The notes beneath the pieces are model-generated. The model was not told where the DNA came from. It saw only the letters and a program-made list of their open reading frames with translations, and searched no databases. Positions 29,626-38,227 of a DNA stretch of 64,000 nucleotides are shown here, piece after piece. Position numbers and translations under genes: made by a program. This DNA is from Myxococcota bacterium. Its GTDB lineage: Bacteria; Myxococcota_A; UBA9160; SZUA-336. Where the stretch lies: NCBI GenBank assembly GCA_965247115.1, contig CBDFGR010000002.1, positions 1,984,001-2,048,000 on the forward strand. Direction: 5' to 3'. Positions within the stretch are counted from its first letter, which is position 1; the number at the start of each line of letters is the position of its first letter.

Positions 29626-31518
29626 ATGATGAGATGGTTCTTGGTGGCGTTCGTCGCCCTTACAGTGTGGCTGCCGAGGGCGACGTGGGCGCAGGTGACA
29701 GATTCTAGCTACGCCTTCATGTTCGAGGAGCAGTGCGCGCTCTGCCATGGAACGACGGCTACGATCCCCAACGCGGTCAGTCGCGAAGCCCTCGCAATCT
29801 TCACCCCGGAGCGGGTGCTCGAGGCGCTCACGACCGGTGCGATGGCGCCCAATGCGAGCGCGCTCTCGGACGAGGAGAAGCGCGGGCTTGCCTTGTACCT
29901 GAGCGGTCGCCCGTTCGGAAGCGCGGCGGACCGCTCGGCTGCAGGGATGCCCAACCGCTGCGCCAGCGGGATGGCGATGGGTGATCCCTCATCCGGCCCG
30001 CAGTGGAGCGGCATGAGCCCAGACCCCACCACCAGCGCTCGCTTTCAGCCGGCCGCTGCGGCGGGGCTGACGGTCGAGCAGCTGCCTCGGCTGCGTCGGA
30101 AGTGGGCGTTCGGCTTTCCGGATGGCAGCGCGGTCCGAGGCCAGCCGACCGTGGCTGGGGGTCGGGTGTTCGTGGGTAGCGACAACGGGATGGTGTACGC
30201 GCTCGACGCAGAGACGGGTTGTGTGCACTGGTCCTTTGAGGCCGGGAAGGCCGTGGTAACGGCCATCAGCGTGGGGACCGTGCCGGGGTCGGAGGACCGC
30301 TACGCGGCGTACTTCGGGGATTTCCGAACGAATGTCTACGCCGTGGACGCCGAGACGGGCGAGCAGTTGTGGACGGTGCGCGTCGACGACCATCAGTTCA
30401 CGAAGATCACGGGCTCGCCCGCGCTCGATACGCAGGGGGGACGCCTGCTCGTGTCGGTGGGCTCGTGGGAGGAGGTCGCTGGCCAGAACCTCACATACGA
30501 GTGCTGTACGTCCCAGGGCAGCGTGGTGGCCCTGGACGCAGCGACCGGGCAGCAGCTCTGGAAGACCTACACGATCCCCGAACGGCCCAGACCGATCAGG
30601 AAGAACTCCGCAGGCACGCAGCTATACGGCCCGTCGGGTGCCGGGGTCTGGGTGGCGCCCACGCTCGACCACAAGCGCGGGGCCGTCTACGTCGGCACGG
30701 CGAATGGCTATATCAATGTGCCGGACGCGGGGTCCAGTGACGCCGTCATCGCGTTCGACCTCGATACCGGCAAGCGGCTCTGGTCGACGCAGCTCTTGGC
30801 CAACGACTTGAACTGCGGGGGAGGTGGCACCACCGCTGCCGACCATAGGATCAACTGCCCCGGCTTCGTGGGGCCTTATGACGCGCTGCGCGCCCTAGGT
30901 GGGAATCCCAACGACGACGTGTCCGGGTCGCCGGTCCTGCACACGCTGCCGGATGGGCGTCAGATTCTGATCGCGGGGCAAGAGAGCGGCAGGATCACGG
31001 CACTGGATCCGGACGACAACGGCGCCGTGCTGTGGGTCGCTCAGGCCGGCGACGTGATGGGCCCAGGACGCGGTGGCGGCATGGGCGCCGCCGCGGATGG
31101 AGAGCTCTACTACAGACCCCTCGGGTTACCCGACCAGGGCGGAGGGATGGCCGCGCTCCGGCCCGAGACGGGCGAGCGGGTCTGGTACGCCACGCACCCG
31201 AAGCCGACGGGCTGCTCCGACCCCGAGGCGGAATGGTGCAGCTCGGAACAGCTCGGCGCGGCGACGGCCATCCCCGGCGCCGTATTCGCAGGGGCCCGGG
31301 ATGGCACCCTGCGGGCGTACTCGACGGGGGACGGCGAGGTCCTGTGGGAGTACAACACCATGCAGGAGTACGAGACGGTGAACGGCGTGCGAGCCAAGGG
31401 AGGCTCGATCGGTGGTCATGGGCCGGCGATCGTTGGGGGCATGCTGTTCATGGGCTCCGGCTACAATCTCGTCACGGCCGCCCCAGGGAACGTGCTGATC
31501 GCGTTTGGCGTCGAGTAA
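29626..31518 (+). CDS. PVADH-like quinohaemoprotein, copy 6
   Basis: CALCH plus the same motifs. Confidence 0.92.
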   Translation: MMRWFLVAFVALTVWLPRATWAQVTDSSYAFMFEEQCALCHGTTATIPNAVSREALAIFTPERVLEALTTGAMAPNASALSDEEKRGLALYLSGRPFGSAADRSAAGMPNRCASGMAMGDPSSGPQWSGMSPDPTTSARFQPAAAAGLTVEQLPRLRRKWAFGFPDGSAVRGQPTVAGGRVFVGSDNGMVYALDAETGCVHWSFEAGKAVVTAISVGTVPGSEDRYAAYFGDFRTNVYAVDAETGEQLWTVRVDDHQFTKITGSPALDTQGGRLLVSVGSWEEVAGQNLTYECCTSQGSVVALDAATGQQLWKTYTIPERPRPIRKNSAGTQLYGPSGAGVWVAPTLDHKRGAVYVGTANGYINVPDAGSSDAVIAFDLDTGKRLWSTQLLANDLNCGGGGTTAADHRINCPGFVGPYDALRALGGNPNDDVSGSPVLHTLPDGRQILIAGQESGRITALDPDDNGAVLWVAQAGDVMGPGRGGGMGAAADGELYYRPLGLPDQGGGMAALRPETGERVWYATHPKPTGCSDPEAEWCSSEQLGAATAIPGAVFAGARDGTLRAYSTGDGEVLWEYNTMQEYETVNGVRAKGGSIGGHGPAIVGGMLFMGSGYNLVTAAPGNVLIAFGVE

Positions 31519-31563
31519 AGGAGGCCACGAATGGGGAACAGAGTCCATCGAGGAGGCACGCTG

Positions 31564-33438
31564 ATGAAGTGGTTCGTCGTCGCGTTCGTTGCCGTCACGA
31601 TGTTGGTGCCGAGGGCCACGTGGGCGCAGGTGACAGATAGCTCGGCCGCCTTCCTGTTCGAGGAGCAGTGCGCGCTCTGTCATGGAACGACCAGCACCGT
31701 CCCCAACGCGGTCAGTCGCGAGGCCCTCCGAGCGTTCTCGCCGGAGCGGGTGCTCGAATCGCTCACGACCGGAGCGATGGCGCCCAATGCGAGCGCCCTC
31801 TCTGATCAGGAGAAGCGCGGGCTGGCCGAGTACCTGACCGGTCGCCCGTTCGGAAGCGCGGCGGACCGCTCGGCTGCGGCAATGCCGAACCGCTGCGCCA
31901 GCGGCATGCCGATGGGTGATCCGTCCGCCGGCCCGCAGTGGGGCGGCATGAGCCCCGATCCCACGACCAGCGCTCGCTTTCAGTCGGCCGCTGCGGCGGG
32001 ATTGACGGTCGAGCAGCTACCGCAGCTGCGGCGGAAGTGGGCGTTCGGTTTTCCGGATGGCAGCGGGGTGCGGGGCCAGCCGACCGTGGCTGGGGGTCGG
32101 GTGTTCGTGGGCAGCGACAACGGGATGGTGTACGCGCTCGACGCGAAGACGGGCTGCGTGCACTGGTCCTTTGAGGCCGGAAAGGCCGTGGTGTCGGCCA
32201 TCAGCGTAGGGACCGTGCCCGGTTCGCAAGACCGCTATGCGGCGTACATCGGGGACTTCCGGACGAACGTCTACGCCGTGGACGCCGAGACGGGCGAGCA
32301 GCTGTGGACGGTTCGGGTGGACGACCATCACATGGCGAAGATCACGGGCTCGCCCGCGCTCGATACCCAGGGGGGCCGCCTGTACGTGCCGGTGGGCTCG
32401 TGGGAGGAGGTCGCCGGCCAGAACCTGACGTACGAGTGCTGCACGTCTCAGGGCAGCGTGGTGGCGCTGGACGCCGCGACCGGGCGGCAGCTCTGGAAGG
32501 CCTACACGATCCCCGAACGTCCCAGGCCGGTGAGGAAGAACTCCGCCGGCACGCAGCTCTACGGCCCGTCGGGTGCCGGGGTATGGGTTACGCCCACGCT
32601 CGACCACGAGCGCGGGGCCGTCTACGTCGGCACGGCGAATGGCTACATCAATGTGCCGGACTCGGGGTCCAGTGACGCCATCATTGCCTTCGACCTCGAC
32701 ACCGGCGAGAGGCGCTGGTCGACCCAGCTCCTGGCCAACGACTTGAACTGCGGGGGAGGTGGAAGCACCGATGCCGAGCTCAGGATCAACTGTCCCGGGT
32801 ACATGAATGATGCGTTCAAGGGATCCGGTGCCAACGATGACGTGTCCGGGTCGCCAGTCCTGCACACGCTGCCGAATGGTCGGCAGATTCTGATCGCGGG
32901 GCAGGAGACCGGCAGGATCACGGCACTGGATCCCGACAGCAACGGCGCCGTGCTTTGGGTGGCGCAGGCAGGAGACGTGCTGGGCCCGCAAGGCGCCGGC
33001 ATGGGCGCCGCCTCGGATGGAGAGCTCTACTACAGGGCCATCGCGCAGCCCGACCAGATCGGTGGGATGGCCGCGCTCCGGCCCGAGACGGGCGAGCGGG
33101 TCTGGTACGCCACGCATCCGAAGCCGACGAGCTGCTCCGACCCCGAGGCGGAATGGTGCAGCTCGGGACAGTACGGGGCGGTGACGGTCATCCCGGGCGC
33201 CGTGTTCGCGGGCGCGAGGGACGGCACGCTGCGCGCGTACTCGACGGGGGACGGCGAGGTCCTGTGGGAATACAACACGATGCAGGAGTACGAGACGGTG
33301 AACGGCGTGCGGGCCAAGGGGGGCTCGATCGGTGGTCATGGGCCTGCGATCGTCGGGGGAATGCTCTTCATGGGCTCCGGCTACAACATCATCACGGCCG
33401 CCCCGGGCAACGTGCTGATCGCGTTCGGCCTCGAGTAA
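31564..33438 (+). CDS. PVADH-like quinohaemoprotein, copy 7
   Basis: CALCH plus the same motifs; start set at MKWF after CGAGGAGGCACGCTG. Confidence 0.92.
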   Translation: MKWFVVAFVAVTMLVPRATWAQVTDSSAAFLFEEQCALCHGTTSTVPNAVSREALRAFSPERVLESLTTGAMAPNASALSDQEKRGLAEYLTGRPFGSAADRSAAAMPNRCASGMPMGDPSAGPQWGGMSPDPTTSARFQSAAAAGLTVEQLPQLRRKWAFGFPDGSGVRGQPTVAGGRVFVGSDNGMVYALDAKTGCVHWSFEAGKAVVSAISVGTVPGSQDRYAAYIGDFRTNVYAVDAETGEQLWTVRVDDHHMAKITGSPALDTQGGRLYVPVGSWEEVAGQNLTYECCTSQGSVVALDAATGRQLWKAYTIPERPRPVRKNSAGTQLYGPSGAGVWVTPTLDHERGAVYVGTANGYINVPDSGSSDAIIAFDLDTGERRWSTQLLANDLNCGGGGSTDAELRINCPGYMNDAFKGSGANDDVSGSPVLHTLPNGRQILIAGQETGRITALDPDSNGAVLWVAQAGDVLGPQGAGMGAASDGELYYRAIAQPDQIGGMAALRPETGERVWYATHPKPTSCSDPEAEWCSSGQYGAVTVIPGAVFAGARDGTLRAYSTGDGEVLWEYNTMQEYETVNGVRAKGGSIGGHGPAIVGGMLFMGSGYNIITAAPGNVLIAFGLE

Positions 33439-33481
33439 CGATGTCCGGATCGCGGAGCACGTCGCTCGAGGAGGCACGACG

Positions 33482-35356
33482 ATGAGATGGTTTGCTGTGG
33501 CGTCTATCGCCCTGACGGTGTTGCTTCCGAGGGCAACCTGGGCGCAGGTGACAAGTGCCGTGCACCTCTTCACGTTCGAGCAGAAGTGCGCGGTCTGCCA
33601 TGGAACGACCAGTCTCGTCCCCAACGCGGTCAGTCGCGAAGCCCTCCGATCCTTCACCCCGGAGCGCGTGTTCGAGTCGCTGACAACCGGCGCGATGGCG
33701 GCCAATGCGAGCGGGCTCTCGGACGAGGAGAAGCGCGGGCTGGCCGTGTACCTGACCGGTCGCCCGTTCGGGAACATCGCGGACCGCTCGGCAGAGTCGA
33801 TGTCGAACCGCTGCGCGAGTGGCATGCCGATGAGCGATCCATCGTCCGGCCCGCGCTGGAACGGCATGAGTCCCGATCCCACGACCAGCGCACGCTTTCA
33901 GCCGACCGCTGCCGCGGGGCTGACGGTCGAGCAGGTGCCGCAGCTGCGGCGGAAGTGGGCGTTCGGCTTTCCGGATGGCAGCACGGTCCGGGGCCAACCG
34001 AGCGTGGCCGGGGGTCGGGTGTTCGTGGGCAGCGACAACGGGGTGGTGTACGCGCTGGACGCGGAGACCGGCTGCGTACACTGGTCCTTTGAAGCAGGGG
34101 AAGCCGTGGTAACGGCGGTCAGCGTGGGGAGCGTGCCGGGGTCAGAAGACCGCTACGCCGCGTATTTTGGGGACTTCCACGCGAACGTCTACGCCGTAGA
34201 CGCAGAGACAGGCGAGCGGCTGTGGACGCTGCGGGTGGACGACCACCAGATGGCGAAGATCACGGGTTCGCCCGTACTGGATACCCAGCTGGGACGCTTG
34301 ATCGTTCCCGTAGGCTCGTGGGAGGAGGGCGCCGGCAACAACATCTCGTACGAGTGCTGCACGTTCCAGGGCAGCGTGGTGGCCCTGGACGCAGCGACCG
34401 GGCGGCAGCTCTGGAAGTCCTACACGATCCCCGAGCGCCCTCGGCCGGTCAGGAAGAACTCCGCCGGTACGCAGCTCTACGGGCCAGCTGGTGCCGCGAT
34501 CTGGGTAACGCCCACACTCGACTACAGGCGCCGGGCTATCTACGTCGGTACGAGCAACGCCTATATCAATGTGCCGGACTCGGGATCCAGCGACGCCGTC
34601 ATCGCCTTCGACCTCGATACCGGCAAGCGGCGCTGGTCGACTCAGCTGCTGGCTGGCGACACGAACTGCGGGGGAGGCGGTCTTACCCCAGCCGAGCGCA
34701 GGATCAACTGCCCCGGCTTCAGAGGTTCCGGCTTTCCAGGCTCGGGTCCCAACGACGACGTGTCCGGGTCGCCAGTCCTGCACACGCTACCGAACGGCCG
34801 GCAGATCTTGATCGCGGGGCAAGAGACCGGAAGGATCACGGCACTGGATCCCGACAGCAACGGCGCCGTGCTGTGGGTCGCTCAGGCGGGTGACGCGATG
34901 GGGCCAGAAGGATCCGGTCTGGGCGCCGCCACGGATGGAGAGCTCTACTACAGACCCCTCGTGTTATCCGACGAGACGGGTGCGATGGCTGCGCTACGGG
35001 CCGCCACAGGCGAGCGGGTCTGGTACACGACCCACCCGAAGCCGACGAGCTGCTCCGACCCCGAGGCGGACTGGTGCACCTCGGGACAGTACGCGGCAGC
35101 AACGGTGATCCCCGGTGCGGTGTTCGCCGGTGCCCGAGACGGCACGCTGCGCGCGTACTCGACGGGGGACGGCGAGGTGCTTTGGGAATACAGCACGATG
35201 CAGGAGTACGAGACGGTGAACGGCGTGCGGGCCAAGGGGGGCTCGATCGGTGGCCATGGGCCGGCGATCGTCGGGGGCATGCTGTTCCTGGGATCCGGTT
35301 ACGCCATCGGCGGCAGCGTCCCCGGCAATGTGCTGCTCGCGTTTGGTGTGGAGTAG
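33482..35356 (+). CDS. PVADH-like quinohaemoprotein, copy 8
   Basis: CAVCH plus the same motifs. Confidence 0.92.
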   Translation: MRWFAVASIALTVLLPRATWAQVTSAVHLFTFEQKCAVCHGTTSLVPNAVSREALRSFTPERVFESLTTGAMAANASGLSDEEKRGLAVYLTGRPFGNIADRSAESMSNRCASGMPMSDPSSGPRWNGMSPDPTTSARFQPTAAAGLTVEQVPQLRRKWAFGFPDGSTVRGQPSVAGGRVFVGSDNGVVYALDAETGCVHWSFEAGEAVVTAVSVGSVPGSEDRYAAYFGDFHANVYAVDAETGERLWTLRVDDHQMAKITGSPVLDTQLGRLIVPVGSWEEGAGNNISYECCTFQGSVVALDAATGRQLWKSYTIPERPRPVRKNSAGTQLYGPAGAAIWVTPTLDYRRRAIYVGTSNAYINVPDSGSSDAVIAFDLDTGKRRWSTQLLAGDTNCGGGGLTPAERRINCPGFRGSGFPGSGPNDDVSGSPVLHTLPNGRQILIAGQETGRITALDPDSNGAVLWVAQAGDAMGPEGSGLGAATDGELYYRPLVLSDETGAMAALRAATGERVWYTTHPKPTSCSDPEADWCTSGQYAAATVIPGAVFAGARDGTLRAYSTGDGEVLWEYSTMQEYETVNGVRAKGGSIGGHGPAIVGGMLFLGSGYAIGGSVPGNVLLAFGVE

Positions 35357-35407
35357 GGCCGGGACCGGCCAGCTCGAGAACCGAGACAAACTGAAAGGAG
35401 ATCGGAC

Positions 35408-36379
35408 ATGGAGGTCATTCGCGTTCAGGAGATCATGGCGGCTCACTCGGAGCATGCGCGGCTAGCGCATGACCCCGCCTACAAGGACGGCTCTGCGTAC
35501 GTCATCGATCGGATCTGCCCGATCGCGGAGGCCGCCATCCCGCTCACGGATAGCGGCTTCACTCACTCGGATGCCGTGTACGACGTGATCAGCGTGAGCC
35601 GGGGCAGCTTCTTCCGTCTCGGACTGCACCAGGAGCGCTTCTCGAAGGCCTTGGCCCTGACCCGGATGCGAAACCCACTCTCGTCCGAGGAGGAGGCAGA
35701 GAACCTGAACCGTCTCGTGGCTCTCACGGGTCTCAAGGATGCGTACGTCTTCTGGACGGTGACCCGGGGCAGCACCATGGGAGGACGCGGCGACTTCCTC
35801 AATCCCGAGAGGTTCCAGAATCGCCTTTACGCTTACGTCACGCCCTACGTCTTCATCTGTGACGATGAGCAGCGCGCCCGTGGCATCGACCTCGTCGTGA
35901 GCCGGGACCGTATCCGGATTCCGTCACGGGCAGTCGATCCCCGAGCCAAGAACTTCCACTGGCTCGATCTGATGATGTCCCTGTTCGAGGCGCGGGAGCG
36001 CGGCGCCGAGTGGTCGGTGCTCCCCGACGAGTCCGGATATCTCACAGAGGCGCCGGGCACGAACATCTTCGCGGTCAAGGATGGCGTAGTGCTCACGCCC
36101 GACTCGGGCTGTCTCGAAGGGATCACGCGGCAGACCGTGATCGATCTCTGCAAGGACCTGGACGTGCCCTGCAAGCTGACGAAGGTGCACGTGGACGAGC
36201 TGCGCGGTGCGGACGAGGCGTTTCTCAGCTCGACAGCCGGCGGAGTCATGCCCGTGAACCGGGTGGACGACAACCTCCTCGGCGGGAAGGACGGCCCGGG
36301 CGAGCTTACGACGCGACTCCACAACGCGTACTGGGAGCGCCGCTGGGAGGGCTGGGACGCAACACCCGTCCGCTACTAG
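35408..36379 (+). CDS. Class IV PLP aminotransferase (branched-chain / (R)-amine transaminase-like)
   Basis: DSGFTHSDAVYD, KNFHWLD, EAPGTNIF, LEGITR, STAGG. Confidence 0.92.
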   Translation: MEVIRVQEIMAAHSEHARLAHDPAYKDGSAYVIDRICPIAEAAIPLTDSGFTHSDAVYDVISVSRGSFFRLGLHQERFSKALALTRMRNPLSSEEEAENLNRLVALTGLKDAYVFWTVTRGSTMGGRGDFLNPERFQNRLYAYVTPYVFICDDEQRARGIDLVVSRDRIRIPSRAVDPRAKNFHWLDLMMSLFEARERGAEWSVLPDESGYLTEAPGTNIFAVKDGVVLTPDSGCLEGITRQTVIDLCKDLDVPCKLTKVHVDELRGADEAFLSSTAGGVMPVNRVDDNLLGGKDGPGELTTRLHNAYWERRWEGWDATPVRY

Positions 36380-36416
36380 CTCTCTCGACGACACTGGGCT
36401 GACCACTCGCACGAAG

Positions 36417-38168
36417 GTGTGGTTCGCCCTCCCGTCGTTCGCCACAGCTGCGATCGGGGTTCCCCTCCTCATCCACATGCCGCGCTTCTACAGCGATGAG
36501 GTAGGGGTTCCCCTCGCCTATCTGGCGGTGGCGGTAGCGCTCGCGCGCGGCCTCGATGCGGTCACCGACCCGCTGATGGGCTGGGTCACCGACCGTACCC
36601 GCTCCCGCTGGGGCCGCCGGAAGCCCTGGATAGCGGTGGGCGCCCCACTGACGGGGCTCGCCTTCGCTGCCCTCTTCAGCCCGCCTGCGCGCCTCTCTCT
36701 GACGGAGGCATCCGTCTGGTTCGCAGCCTTCTTCGGCCTCTACTACCTCTTCCACACCATCTGCGTGATCCCGCACGTGGCGCTGGGTGCCGAGCTGTCC
36801 CTCGATTACCACGAGCGCACGCGCCTCTTCGGTGTCCAGACTTACTTCGTCGTGGCCGGCACGCTGGTGACCTCCTACATGCCGCAGCTGCTACAGGGAC
36901 CCCTGGACCTGGACGCTCGTCCGGCGTATCGAGCGATCGGGTTCTCCTATGCCGTGCTTCTGCCGCTGCTGTTCCTCCCGCTGCTGTACTACGTGCGGGA
37001 GCGACCGGAGTTCGCCGCGCGAGCGCCCAATCCGCTCGTCCCCGGCATCCGTCGCGCGCTCCGGAACCGGCCCTTTCGGCAGCTGTTCATCATGACGCTG
37101 CTCTTCGGGACCTCGGACATGATCCCCAGCATCATGATGCCGTATCACACGATCTACGTGCTCCTGCTCGACGACTGGGAGCTGTGGCTCAGCATGTTCC
37201 TGCTCGCCTACTTCGGCGTCGCCTTCGGGACCGTCCCCGTCTGGGTCTGGGTGTCGACCCGAATCGGAAAGCAGCGCGCCCTCGTCGCCTCCGGGGCGAT
37301 CGGCGCCGCGTGGATGGTCACGTTCTTCTACCTTGCGGCCCCCGGTCGTGAGTGGTTCGTTCTCATCATGTGGGGAGTTCTGGGCCTTCAGTTCGCCGCG
37401 TGGACCCTGCTCTACCCCGCGCTGCTCGCTGATGTCATCGACTACGACGAGCTGCGCACCGGAAAGAGACGCGAAGCGCAGTACGCGAGCATCTGGACGG
37501 CGGTGCGCAAGTTCGTCGCGATTCCCGCCGCTTCCGTTCCGCTCGTGCTCCTCGGCGCAGCCGGGTACGTACCGAATCAACCTCAGACGCCCGAGGTGGT
37601 GCTCTGGATCCGCATCCTGATCGCTGGGTTTCCGGGCTTCCTCATGGCCGCGGGAGCTGCCGTGATCCTGTTCTACCCGATCACCGCCTCCGTCCATCGC
37701 CAGATCCGGGAGGGCCTCGCTCTTCACGAGCGGGGTCAGACCGCGGTTGACCCGCTGTCCCATGCGACCCTGCCCCCACCGGTAGCCGGCGTTGCCGAGG
37801 ACGACGCTTGGACGCTCGACAACTTCAGCACCGGTGAGCTGAGGCGCCTTGTACGCGCTGGACCCACGCGCATCGTCGTAGACGCATCTTTGTGTACCGC
37901 AGGGGCAATCCTGGCACTCGTCGCCTCTGCTGGGTTGGCGTACTGGAACCTTCCGCAAGCGCATGCGCGACCCGGGCTGGCGAGCGTAGCCGGGATCACC
38001 GCAGCCGGACTGGCCCTGGCCGCGACGGCCTTCCACGTGTTACGAGTGAGAGCCGCGCAACGCCTGCGAGCGTCTCCGCTCACAGCCAGCATCGTGAGAG
38101 CTCACCTCGAGAAGCAGAACACTCCGAGAGGGTCTCGCCCAGAAGTGGGGAGAGGCGCGCACGCTTGA
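36417..38168 (+). CDS. MFS transporter, GPH (MelB-like) family, with C-terminal extension; start uncertain
   Basis: DAVTDPLMGWVTDRTRSRWGRRKPW, ALGAELS...ERT, ADVIDYDELRTGKRRE. Confidence 0.88.
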   Translation: MWFALPSFATAAIGVPLLIHMPRFYSDEVGVPLAYLAVAVALARGLDAVTDPLMGWVTDRTRSRWGRRKPWIAVGAPLTGLAFAALFSPPARLSLTEASVWFAAFFGLYYLFHTICVIPHVALGAELSLDYHERTRLFGVQTYFVVAGTLVTSYMPQLLQGPLDLDARPAYRAIGFSYAVLLPLLFLPLLYYVRERPEFAARAPNPLVPGIRRALRNRPFRQLFIMTLLFGTSDMIPSIMMPYHTIYVLLLDDWELWLSMFLLAYFGVAFGTVPVWVWVSTRIGKQRALVASGAIGAAWMVTFFYLAAPGREWFVLIMWGVLGLQFAAWTLLYPALLADVIDYDELRTGKRREAQYASIWTAVRKFVAIPAASVPLVLLGAAGYVPNQPQTPEVVLWIRILIAGFPGFLMAAGAAVILFYPITASVHRQIREGLALHERGQTAVDPLSHATLPPPVAGVAEDDAWTLDNFSTGELRRLVRAGPTRIVVDASLCTAGAILALVASAGLAYWNLPQAHARPGLASVAGITAAGLALAATAFHVLRVRAAQRLRASPLTASIVRAHLEKQNTPRGSRPEVGRGAHA

Positions 38169-38215
38169 CCCTCAGGCGCTCTTGCTGCCATTCTGCGTAA
38201 GATGAGCAAATGCTC
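38165..38215 (+). promoter_or_regulatory. Second copy of the putative promoter/operator, upstream of quinohaemoprotein copy 9
   Basis: TTGACCCTCAGGCGCTCTTGCTGCCATTCT (one mismatch to 20030-20059) and GAGCAAATGCTC. Confidence 0.65.
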
Positions 38216-38227
38216 GGAGGCACGCTG

